Shown here one piece after another: positions 30,101 to 37,129 of a stretch of 37,129 bases of DNA. This DNA comes from Barthelona sp. PAP020 (Eukaryota), in the NCBI GenBank assembly GCA_040182905.1, contig JARQWU010000080.1, positions 1-37,129 on the forward strand. The letters run 5' to 3'. Each line of letters starts with the position of its first letter. Position 1 is the stretch's first letter. Below the pieces are notes generated by a model that was given only the letters and a program-made list of their open reading frames with translations, had not been told where the DNA came from and did no database searches. A program made the translations under genes and the position numbers.

Positions 30101-33100
30101 CAATCTATTTTTAATTCTAATAGCATCTAAATTTGCTGAAGAATTAAAGTGAAATAATTTTGCAAAAAATCCAGTGCTATTATCCTCCATTTCATTCAAA
30201 TCAACGGTTAACTTTTCAATCAGAAAAGCAGTATTCAAAATATCTTCCTCCAAAAAATAACTGTTGGAATTAGCCTTCAATTCAATTTTACTAAACAAAG
30301 AACCAACACTTTTAAAGGAATATGTTTCTGTTTCCTCATCAAAACCAAATTTTTTTGATTTAGCAAAAATTAAGTTTTCTCTAACATGATCATTTTCAAA
30401 ATCAACCATGGTTTTTTCTGGTAAATAAATATTTGATTCTTTTTCATCAATAGAATATAAATAATTATTGCCATTGATTATGGAATGATATGATGATGAT
30501 GTTGCTGAAGAAAATGATTGAGAAGAAAGTATTCCCCTTTTATTATGACTAAAAGAAATCCCTTTCATATCATCTTTAATACCATCATCAATCATGTCAG
30601 TTGATGGTTTTGTTGTTGTATTTGTACCAATGGTCGTAGCTAAGCCTAATACTGTACCATTGCCTACAACCGTACCTGAACCTGTACTAGTACCCGTGCC
30701 TGTAGCCGTGCCTGTAGCTGTAGTGGATGAAAAATATTCTTTCAAAGAAATTTCAATCATTTGAGTAATTGTTTCCATATCAAACAAATGAGCATTTGCT
30801 AAAAGCCTATAATTTGCACTATTCAATGATGCACTATAAAAGAATAATAGAAGCAAAACCAAACCTAAACCAATAAAACAATAAATATTATTACCATTAT
30901 AAATAATAAAAAACCACACATAAATTGCAGTATATATCAAATTAAAAATGATTATTGAAAATTCTTTTGTAATATCTTCAATTTTACCATCTCTACGCAT
31001 TATTAAAGCAAGATTAAATCTGGGCGCTATATAAAAATATGAATTAAAATTACGCTCAAAAGCGCCTCTAAAAATTAAACCAACATGCAATTTAACAATC
31101 TTTAAAAAATCAAAAGAAACTAAAAACCCGATAAACATATAATTAAACAAATTTATATCGAATTCTTGAATTTCTAATAAACGAATCAGTGTAACAAAAT
31201 ATAAAGATGTGAATCCAATAAAGAAATAATTTTTCAATAGATTTGTACTTTGTTGATGATTTAAACGTTCATTATTTGCTAAAATAACAAATAATGGAAA
31301 TACAAAACACAAATTAAATAAAATGATAGAAGATATCCAAATATTACTTCTTATCATATGATTTTGAACAAAAAATTGCCAAATTACAATTATTAACATT
31401 ATGAATGACATATTAAAAAAATAAATAATGTTATGTCTATTCAACCCTTGGTTGTTATTCATTACATTAATATTAACAACTAAACCAATGAATAGAATAA
31501 ATATATAACCAATTAATACAATAGGCCAAAGAGAACGGATAAAATAAGAGTGATCCATTAAGAATTGATAGTATAAAGCAGAAAATACAGGAGTTAACCA
31601 ATGAAGGATTTCAACTGGTTTGAGAGATGTTTCAGAAGTTTCATGAAAATTAAAAGTCATCGAAAAAATCTGTAAACCGGGAATTATTAAGGAAGAAAGT
31701 ACAATACAAAAATCATTTTCAAAGTGATACCCCAAAATGATTAAAAGTAAACTAAATATAAATATGCTCAAACCAGTATAACGACGAAATATAATGATTT
31801 TTCGATAACTGCTTTCAATGCTAGTATTCAAAAATGAAACAGGAATGGTAGATGAATAATCTACAATACCATTTAATTGAAAGAAGATTCGATAGAAAAT
31901 AAGAAATGCTATTAATAGAACAAAAAAATCCATCGTGGAAAAATAAGGAAAAAATTTCAAAACTTCATTGGAAATTTGCAAAGCATTAAATATTTGATCA
32001 TCAATATGAGTGTAACGAAAAAAAACAATCAAACCAATAGAAACCAAAATTAGAAAAATCATAGAATAAAACACGTTTCTCAATGGTTTTGGTAATTTTC
32101 CATTCAAAAAATCCTCAATAAGTTCATCATTTGTGTGATTATCATTTGAGGCCTTGGTTTCTTCTGACGTAGATGCAGAAGATTGTTTCATCAAATTAAA
32201 AGTGGTCAAATCCAATTCTTCGAGAGATGAAGCATTTTGATCTCCTTTTACAGAAAAAATAAGTTCACATATCTGCATCAAATCAGATCTTGTAAACCGT
32301 TTAAGAAATCTAAGGATATAAATAACACAAAAACTGATTAATAAAAGACAATTCCAAAAGATAATCTTTTGTGAAAAAGCATCTTGATTGAAGAAATCAA
32401 TAGACCATACTTGCAATAAAATATTGAGACATATGTATAAACAACAAATAAACAGTTGATTATTAAAGACCTTGTTTTTCAAAACAGCTTTAGGGTATTC
32501 CTTCGGGAGATTTATTGAATCGTTACGATAGAAAAAGTCAACTTGGGAAGTTGCTCGATGACTTGTAGTCATCAAGTATATGACAAGCATTAACGTACCC
32601 ATATAGGCAATCAATAATGAATAAAACGTGTTCAATAATAGCATGAAAGAATAAAATAAAATTCGAGGCAAACAAGCTATAAACCCCAACGTTAAACTAT
32701 TTTTCAAATGATGGTCCAACGGTATGATCATTGGTACCAGTATATTAACAGAAGAAAGAAAAAAATAAAAGAGAACATACCTCAATTCAATAATTTCAAA
32801 ATACTCACACAAAACCATCGAATACACCATTAACAAACTGTCAATAAAACCAATGAAACAAGGAAAAATCATGGCTTTCACATAGGATTTCCATTTACTG
32901 ATTTTAAAATCAACATCTTTTAAATCATTATTGAACGATTGAATAAACTGTTTGATGCTTAAATTGGGCCAAAAAGTTAATTTGGATAAAACTCTTATTG
33001 TGATGATAGCAGCAGGTAACGAAAATCCATTTGGAACAGGAGAATATGTAGATTCACTCAAATGTGAAAAATATATGATAGAAAAATATCCAAAACCTTC

Positions 33101-33469
33101 AAAAATAAAAGAAAATACATTAAAAAACAATCTCAAATTATAAGGAGATGCAAGAAAATAAGAGACTTTTAAAAATAAAAAAATTGAAGTTACAAAACTT
33201 AAAAAACATATATATGGTGCAAAGTTTAAAAAAGGTGAAGAGCTGATTCGAAATCGATCCGGTAAAATATTAAAAGATATATAAACTTGTGTAATTACAA
33301 GATAAATTCCTGAAATAATCAAAAAAACTAAATTAATAGTTATTTTGTTGCCTAAAAATTTGAATAAATAATAATTTTTGGAAAATTGTAACAACAATCT
33401 TAAAAATATATAAAACGATAAGAAAGATGAATAAATAATAATAATATCGCTAATATTTTGTTCAACCAT
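27149..33469 (-). CDS. DEK1-like multi-pass transmembrane calpain, protease domain degenerate
   Basis: Roughly 20 hydrophobic segments in the first ~880 aa, then a long linker. CysPc-like motifs follow (GILLIKYYFNSKEEFLILDTTLP, FIEKMLAKLAGNYGSI, LRIITG, FTGLYNEKSFKWT, GVWLTMEEL), then calpain domain III/CBSW-like motifs (QAPQHTL, LFIDFTQ, ILPF..EDECRYCLKIYS). Confidence 0.75.
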   Translation of the reverse strand: MVEQNISDIIIIYSSFLSFYIFLRLLLQFSKNYYLFKFLGNKITINLVFLIISGIYLVITQVYISFNILPDRFRISSSPFLNFAPYICFLSFVTSIFLFLKVSYFLASPYNLRLFFNVFSFIFEGFGYFSIIYFSHLSESTYSPVPNGFSLPAAIITIRVLSKLTFWPNLSIKQFIQSFNNDLKDVDFKISKWKSYVKAMIFPCFIGFIDSLLMVYSMVLCEYFEIIELRYVLFYFFLSSVNILVPMIIPLDHHLKNSLTLGFIACLPRILFYSFMLLLNTFYSLLIAYMGTLMLVIYLMTTSHRATSQVDFFYRNDSINLPKEYPKAVLKNKVFNNQLFICCLYICLNILLQVWSIDFFNQDAFSQKIIFWNCLLLISFCVIYILRFLKRFTRSDLMQICELIFSVKGDQNASSLEELDLTTFNLMKQSSASTSEETKASNDNHTNDELIEDFLNGKLPKPLRNVFYSMIFLILVSIGLIVFFRYTHIDDQIFNALQISNEVLKFFPYFSTMDFFVLLIAFLIFYRIFFQLNGIVDYSSTIPVSFLNTSIESSYRKIIIFRRYTGLSIFIFSLLLIILGYHFENDFCIVLSSLIIPGLQIFSMTFNFHETSETSLKPVEILHWLTPVFSALYYQFLMDHSYFIRSLWPIVLIGYIFILFIGLVVNINVMNNNQGLNRHNIIYFFNMSFIMLIIVIWQFFVQNHMIRSNIWISSIILFNLCFVFPLFVILANNERLNHQQSTNLLKNYFFIGFTSLYFVTLIRLLEIQEFDINLFNYMFIGFLVSFDFLKIVKLHVGLIFRGAFERNFNSYFYIAPRFNLALIMRRDGKIEDITKEFSIIIFNLIYTAIYVWFFIIYNGNNIYCFIGLGLVLLLLFFYSASLNSANYRLLANAHLFDMETITQMIEISLKEYFSSTTATGTATGTGTSTGSGTVVGNGTVLGLATTIGTNTTTKPSTDMIDDGIKDDMKGISFSHNKRGILSSQSFSSATSSSYHSIINGNNYLYSIDEKESNIYLPEKTMVDFENDHVRENLIFAKSKKFGFDEETETYSFKSVGSLFSKIELKANSNSYFLEEDILNTAFLIEKLTVDLNEMEDNSTGFFAKLFHFNSSANLDAIRIKNRLVKLQKTLWELLAGQKLLEGSFFLNLVNNSNNVYRQLDFKIRKWGEQHYSTFFSGTEEFQQIKDPLLLKEMYDKFQVFRTIDKARVEQYIQTSNDVSQTILNNSINYGNFFNQESDINSEERIVGLLANSNIINLCASDILNQTSTLTSSSSNVLGETMVVINEPLHGLQKQDSFLNNDSFSLYNEDTDYQNYVTSLQHYEFDLDADLETKNPDISVEPESKSVTISISMEDHTDPQIKTQNLNNDTQIDSSQSDELKIFVYNGNEREPSFLTQKELNQQENYYNQIQIQKLKTNEEICYKTSKNKNNKSLSKLMTKEEEKKRQQTISLKRDLKNYLQRVSKHLNTIVKLRELLSVAKPQDFNSIFPIFINLELSFDELVELLIDCLSTENYSKYTLQLVGKKYQKIRSSLKQVYHSLKSSEQNSIQSSIVMSVNEKHKTKKTKRKNSVLYLNELKKDSHDKLASATLRFCRLAKECRKAGELYQDSEDDSLFFDDNNQPIQFKNINEYLSSSNSKNNFKFHQLKPLNKGYSYKPLISGYFLNHIFSSQHQDFLQCLNNIIVRADFQSGILLIKYYFNSKEEFLILDTTLPNEIIGRLLSVDNHFDWSLMTAAFIEKMLAKLAGNYGSIGRLFTEIKFLRIITGSYENIWIPALIQPSDINDFCNTINWSTYLPHYSTICTTKSQSQSQSQNRDDKLPLSDIGLPFSFDFFIDYLYDTNIDGSRCTFFHLIPCNPNVNVAEHFTGLYNEKSFKWTRKLNNQLNSGLKDRNLINPLNNGLSKSSQHSQEMYDNLSTTSDTLTNSLSFGVWLTMEELIDQMSVVINFANYRLFRHCVSFGQIIGKNVQIFDPNNSLLFQAPQHTLSITNFRNYGSNNTIDLFIDFTQLFLNTSTPSNAADNSISIVLGLFSHHNIPITSMHEMSLITDLIYLKPIACNIVRVNITIEQASNLVSILPFVSNQEDECRYCLKIYSNQCDLDVSLSVL
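28031..28054. repeat. (TTGAGA)4 hexamer repeat encoding SQSQSQSQ inside the calpain-like domain
   Basis: Four tandem copies are directly visible. Confidence 0.8.
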
Positions 33470-33493
33470 CCAAATTCACATAATTGATGTCTT

Positions 33494-33503
33494 ATGGCAA
33501 AAT
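33494..33503 (-). promoter_or_regulatory. Candidate upstream element ATTTTGCCAT at -34..-25 of the DEK1-like ATG
   Basis: The same 10-mer occurs at the same offset upstream of the 2571-aa surface-protein gene (18768-18777). Confidence 0.35.
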
Positions 33504-33948
33504 ATCCCTTCCTTTCTTTTTTTTCTTCCAAACTGATTTTTTCAAGACCTTTTCTTTTTCAGAATTGGATGAGAAACATTTTACAAAATACAATATTAAA
33601 TTTGGTGATATAGTTTGATGAAATTAATATGAACTATTCTGCCTGATGTATTTTTTTCCAAAATTTTTTATAATATTCACAGATTATTATCAATTATATA
33701 AATTCTCAACGCTTTGGCATTCTTTAACTTTTTAAAGGATAGAAGGGTTCTTTCTGAAATTGATTGCCATCTCTTATAAATCAGTTTTGTGGATAAAATT
33801 TAGTTATTTTAGATTTATTGTTTCATAATATGACAATTTAGCAAATGCTGTATTGTACTTTCCCAAGAACCAATTTTTATTGGATTTCCAATTCTTCAAT
33901 ATCCATTAAAAATACTCAAAAAATAAATCACCTGTTTTTAATTTATGA

Positions 33949-36270
33949 TCATTCCATTAAATGTTTGATTTCTTCAAAAGTTTCTACTTCTTCAAACTTC
34001 CTTTCATCAGAATCCAAAGGAACAATACGAGGTTCTTTGTCAATGTTCAACACATATTGAGTGTTGAATTCGGGGAATCTACGTCTGTATAAAGAAAGAC
34101 AAACAGTATCATGTGGTTGAATTATTTTGTTGAATTTAGCTTTGAATACACCATGTGTACCAATTGGCTTCATAATTTTACCATTGAGTCCATACTTAGT
34201 CCACAAATCAATCTTTTGGAAATATCTCACATCATCTGCAGAAAAAAACATATATTTAATCCTGCAAATATTCCCTTTGCTCTTGATGGGATTACCGGTA
34301 ATTATGGCCTTTTCAATAACAAGCGCATCAGGATCAGTTGAAAAGACGGTACCGAATCCAAAGTACAAAGGTTCCATTTCAGGTTGAGCCAATTCAACAC
34401 CTGAATGTTCCGGAATTTCTTCTTCATCATTTTCTTCCTCAATGTCAGAAGTGTCATTATCCTCCTTCGAACCACTATCTTTCATATTATCTTCGTTGGG
34501 TAAATAATAGGCAATCAAAGGTGTGTCATTCAAAGTGAATGGAGCGTAAAAAGACCAAATGTACTGACGTTCATCATCATGCATAAATTTGGCGTATTTC
34601 AACTTGTCACACCTTGAAAGTTGCTCACTATAGAGAGGGTTTATAATGTACTTTCTGAACCCCAAATAAACAACAAATTGAGCGTTCTCAGCAATTGCCC
34701 CTTCAACGTAACGACTATCTCGAGTGATTCTAGCATGCAACATGGTCATTTTAGTTTCATAACGCAATAGATTGAAAATTGTAAGGGGTGTTTCAATATC
34801 AAACAAAGGAACATCAGATAGAACCATTCTTACATATTCACCACATGGAATCACTGTTTCTTCCTCTTTGATACGCTTTTGAGCACGTAAATAATTCTGG
34901 AATCGAATAATTCTCTGATAATCAGTGGGTAACATCTGATTAACATCCCAGTGATCCTTTTTAAAAGATTTCAACCCAACCCAATAACGAAAATGCTCAG
35001 CTGCTGGAACATCAACGGGAACATCTACTTCATCAGGAAATTCAAAATCCTCATATTCACGTCTTTCCAATTCCCACTGCTTTCTTAACAGTTCATTGTT
35101 CAGATCATCTGAATCAACATCTGATTCATATTCTGAATCATTTTCCATCTCACTGTCAGAAAAAGGATTAAGATCATCTGCAGTAATTTTGTCGTCTGTT
35201 TCTTGATAATTTTCATCTGAAATGTCACTATTACTGTCAGAAACCCTATCGCTGTGATCAATAATATGATTGCGTTCATTTTCTTCTTGTTTCAAATCAT
35301 CTGTAAATAACCAACGGGCAGTGGTTTCAGCCATACCCTTAGGTAATCTCATTCTTTCTTTTTTGATATAATCATCAGTAATTTCTGCCTGTTCCGCCTC
35401 TAAATCATCAACTTCATATTCTGAAAAAACGTCATCAACATGTTCATCTTGAAAGAACAACTGTCCATTCATAACATCAACTTTTTTTGTAATATATGGG
35501 TTTTCAATAATTTCAATAGATTTCGCCATGTAATCACCATAATTAACAATATGCATTGCAGTATTTGGATTAAGTCCATGATATCCTCGAACATATCCTT
35601 CAACAACCAATTCACTATTGTCATTGAACTGTTGTTTGTCCACCAACAACCAACTGCGATTGTTACGCCATGTAAGTTCCAACTCAACAGGAGATTGTGA
35701 ATAGAAGCGCCAAAAGCTTGTAATATCAGATTTACTGTCTGTAAACACACGAATCTTGGTGTGGAAAACCTTGGTAATTAGATCTTCATAGTTTCTTTTC
35801 AAAGTGTTGATTTCTTTGTTATTCATTCCATCTGTATTCATAATCATGCAAAATATTTGTTCTGCTCCTTGTTGTTGTAAAACGTCCAAGAATAAAATGG
35901 ACTCTTCCTCATCAAAAAAACTATCTCTGTCAAACACCAACAAAATTGAATCTGCAACAAGAGAATATTGTAATATAGAATCAATATTATATTCACAGAC
36001 ATAACAACTGCTGAAAAAATTTCTTTGATTCTTTATAGTGAAATAACTTATTCCATGTTCAGTTATTCCTTTTGATTCTATATTGGAATCAAATATATGT
36101 TCTATAGATATATTTGATGTGGTTAATGGGACTATGGTTAAATGTTTGGAGGCTTGATTCGATTTTCTCATCTTATCTAAACGTTTTTTACGTTCCTCTT
36201 TGATACGCATCTTTGTTTGATTTTTTCGAACTTCTTTGAAATTTTTCGCTTGTTTCTTAAAGGTCACCAT
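33949..36270 (-). CDS. TSR1: Pre-rRNA-processing protein TSR1 (BMS1/TSR1 family)
   Basis: VADSILLV, QQQG, WRNNRSWL, VEGYVRG..L.PN..MHIVNYGDY, FPDEVDVP..PA..F.YWVGLKSF, LLRYETKM and RIKYMFFSADDVRYF..L.TKYG..GKI..PIGTHG.FKA.F..HDTVCLSLYRRRFP. ATG at 36270. Confidence 0.95.
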   Translation of the reverse strand: MVTFKKQAKNFKEVRKNQTKMRIKEERKKRLDKMRKSNQASKHLTIVPLTTSNISIEHIFDSNIESKGITEHGISYFTIKNQRNFFSSCYVCEYNIDSILQYSLVADSILLVFDRDSFFDEEESILFLDVLQQQGAEQIFCMIMNTDGMNNKEINTLKRNYEDLITKVFHTKIRVFTDSKSDITSFWRFYSQSPVELELTWRNNRSWLLVDKQQFNDNSELVVEGYVRGYHGLNPNTAMHIVNYGDYMAKSIEIIENPYITKKVDVMNGQLFFQDEHVDDVFSEYEVDDLEAEQAEITDDYIKKERMRLPKGMAETTARWLFTDDLKQEENERNHIIDHSDRVSDSNSDISDENYQETDDKITADDLNPFSDSEMENDSEYESDVDSDDLNNELLRKQWELERREYEDFEFPDEVDVPVDVPAAEHFRYWVGLKSFKKDHWDVNQMLPTDYQRIIRFQNYLRAQKRIKEEETVIPCGEYVRMVLSDVPLFDIETPLTIFNLLRYETKMTMLHARITRDSRYVEGAIAENAQFVVYLGFRKYIINPLYSEQLSRCDKLKYAKFMHDDERQYIWSFYAPFTLNDTPLIAYYLPNEDNMKDSGSKEDNDTSDIEEENDEEEIPEHSGVELAQPEMEPLYFGFGTVFSTDPDALVIEKAIITGNPIKSKGNICRIKYMFFSADDVRYFQKIDLWTKYGLNGKIMKPIGTHGVFKAKFNKIIQPHDTVCLSLYRRRFPEFNTQYVLNIDKEPRIVPLDSDERKFEEVETFEEIKHLME

Positions 36271-36326
36271 GATAAAAATTAAAAAACAAAACAAAGAAAA
36301 AAAAATTATCATAAAGACTATAATTT

Positions 36327-36869
36327 TTACTTAAAAGAAGTGGGAAAAGACTTTTTTATTTTATCCATTTGTCTTTTATCCTGTTGAGTTTTCTTTTTTT
36401 GTTTTTTTTCAACGTATTTTCTCAAAGCACCTTTCTTCTTTAAATCATCATATTGTTCTATTAATAAACGTCTTCGAATATCAGACCTCTTTAAATATTG
36501 TGGTTTATGTCCAGTTTCTTTCATTCTTTTCAATTCATCTTTAACATGATCCTTTTGAATATCTCTCATTCTTTGTCTTCTTTTTACTGATTTTTGTTGT
36601 TGTTGAGCTCTTGTCAATTGGCCTTGAAGATCTTTCTGTTTCGTTAAACTTTTGACTTTTTTAATTGATTTTTGCAAATCCACAATTTCCTTATCTTTCT
36701 TTTCAGATAAAAATGAATAATCTTGCCTGAATTTCTCTTCTTTCAATTCTCCAGAAAGCTCATCAAACCTTGGATCTCGAACTCTTCTTTTCTGTAAATG
36801 TGGAAAATGAACAACTTGCTGGATTTCTTTTGGTCTTTGTCTGCAACTTTCTTCTAAAGGCTCTTTCAT
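36327..36869 (-). CDS. RRP36: rRNA biogenesis protein RRP36
   Basis: RDPRFDELSG..F..DYSFL, G.KP.YLKRSD.RR..L...YDDLK..G.L.KY.EKK.KK. Confidence 0.92.
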   Translation of the reverse strand: MKEPLEESCRQRPKEIQQVVHFPHLQKRRVRDPRFDELSGELKEEKFRQDYSFLSEKKDKEIVDLQKSIKKVKSLTKQKDLQGQLTRAQQQQKSVKRRQRMRDIQKDHVKDELKRMKETGHKPQYLKRSDIRRRLLIEQYDDLKKKGALRKYVEKKQKKKTQQDKRQMDKIKKSFPTSFK

Positions 36870-37030
36870 CCAAAAAAAATAAAATAAAAATAAAAATGAA
36901 AATTGTCAATGATTTAATTGTTACCCCTTCAAAAAAAAATTTGAAATTGATGATTTTATGAATAATAAGTGTAAAAAATGTAAGAAAATGAAAAATGAAA
37001 AATAATTCATCCAAACATCAATAAACCAAA

Positions 37031-37129
37031 TTATTGATCTGGATTTGTGTATGCAACTGCTGTTCTAACTTTGTGAATTTTTGTGTCAATGGTTCTAAGG
37101 GAAACTAATTGAGCATTTTTAATCTCTTT
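37031..37129 (-). CDS. 3' end of an unidentified gene entering from the right edge (KEIKNAQLVSLRTIDTKIHKVRTAVAYTNPDQ*)
   Basis: The frame is open from the window edge to TAA at 37031-37033. Composition is coding-like and is followed by T-rich intergenic sequence on the same strand. Confidence 0.5.
   Translation of the reverse strand, partial: KEIKNAQLVSLRTIDTKIHKVRTAVAYTNPDQ

Noticed and set aside
372..37014. Numerous 60-120 aa ORFs nested in or antisense to long genes
   Set aside because: They overlap well-supported CDSs, many have non-ATG starts, and none has a recognisable motif.
1..37129. Alternative genetic code, CRISPR array, tRNA/rRNA genes, transposase or prokaryotic defence system
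   Set aside because: All three stop codons terminate conserved genes at expected positions. I saw no spaced direct repeats, cloverleafs, rRNA motifs or transposase/RT motifs, and the gene content is eukaryotic.

Overview
AT-rich, gene-dense eukaryotic DNA with no intron that I can support. It uses the standard genetic code (TAA, TAG and TGA all end real genes). Ciliary genes suggest a flagellated protist; a metamonad-like lineage is a guess only. Genes in order: a 5'-truncated, highly divergent dynein heavy chain; a WD40 protein; a 2571-aa type I membrane protein with an N-terminal 5'-nucleotidase-like domain; RRP8; a DHHC palmitoyltransferase; a TMEM216-like protein; VPS24/CHMP3; a small orphan ORF; a stand-alone DWNN-domain protein; CCDC146/MBO2; a DEK1-like multi-pass calpain; TSR1; RRP36; and the 3' end of a gene at the right edge. 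Main observations: (1) all three giant proteins appear to have lost catalytic residues while keeping intact ORFs; (2) the two giant membrane pseudoenzyme genes carry the same 10-mer at exactly the same distance upstream of their ATG; (3) two intergenic gaps hold candidate structured RNAs, one RNase P-like and one with U1-like topology. Family calls come from recognising motifs by eye, not from database searches.
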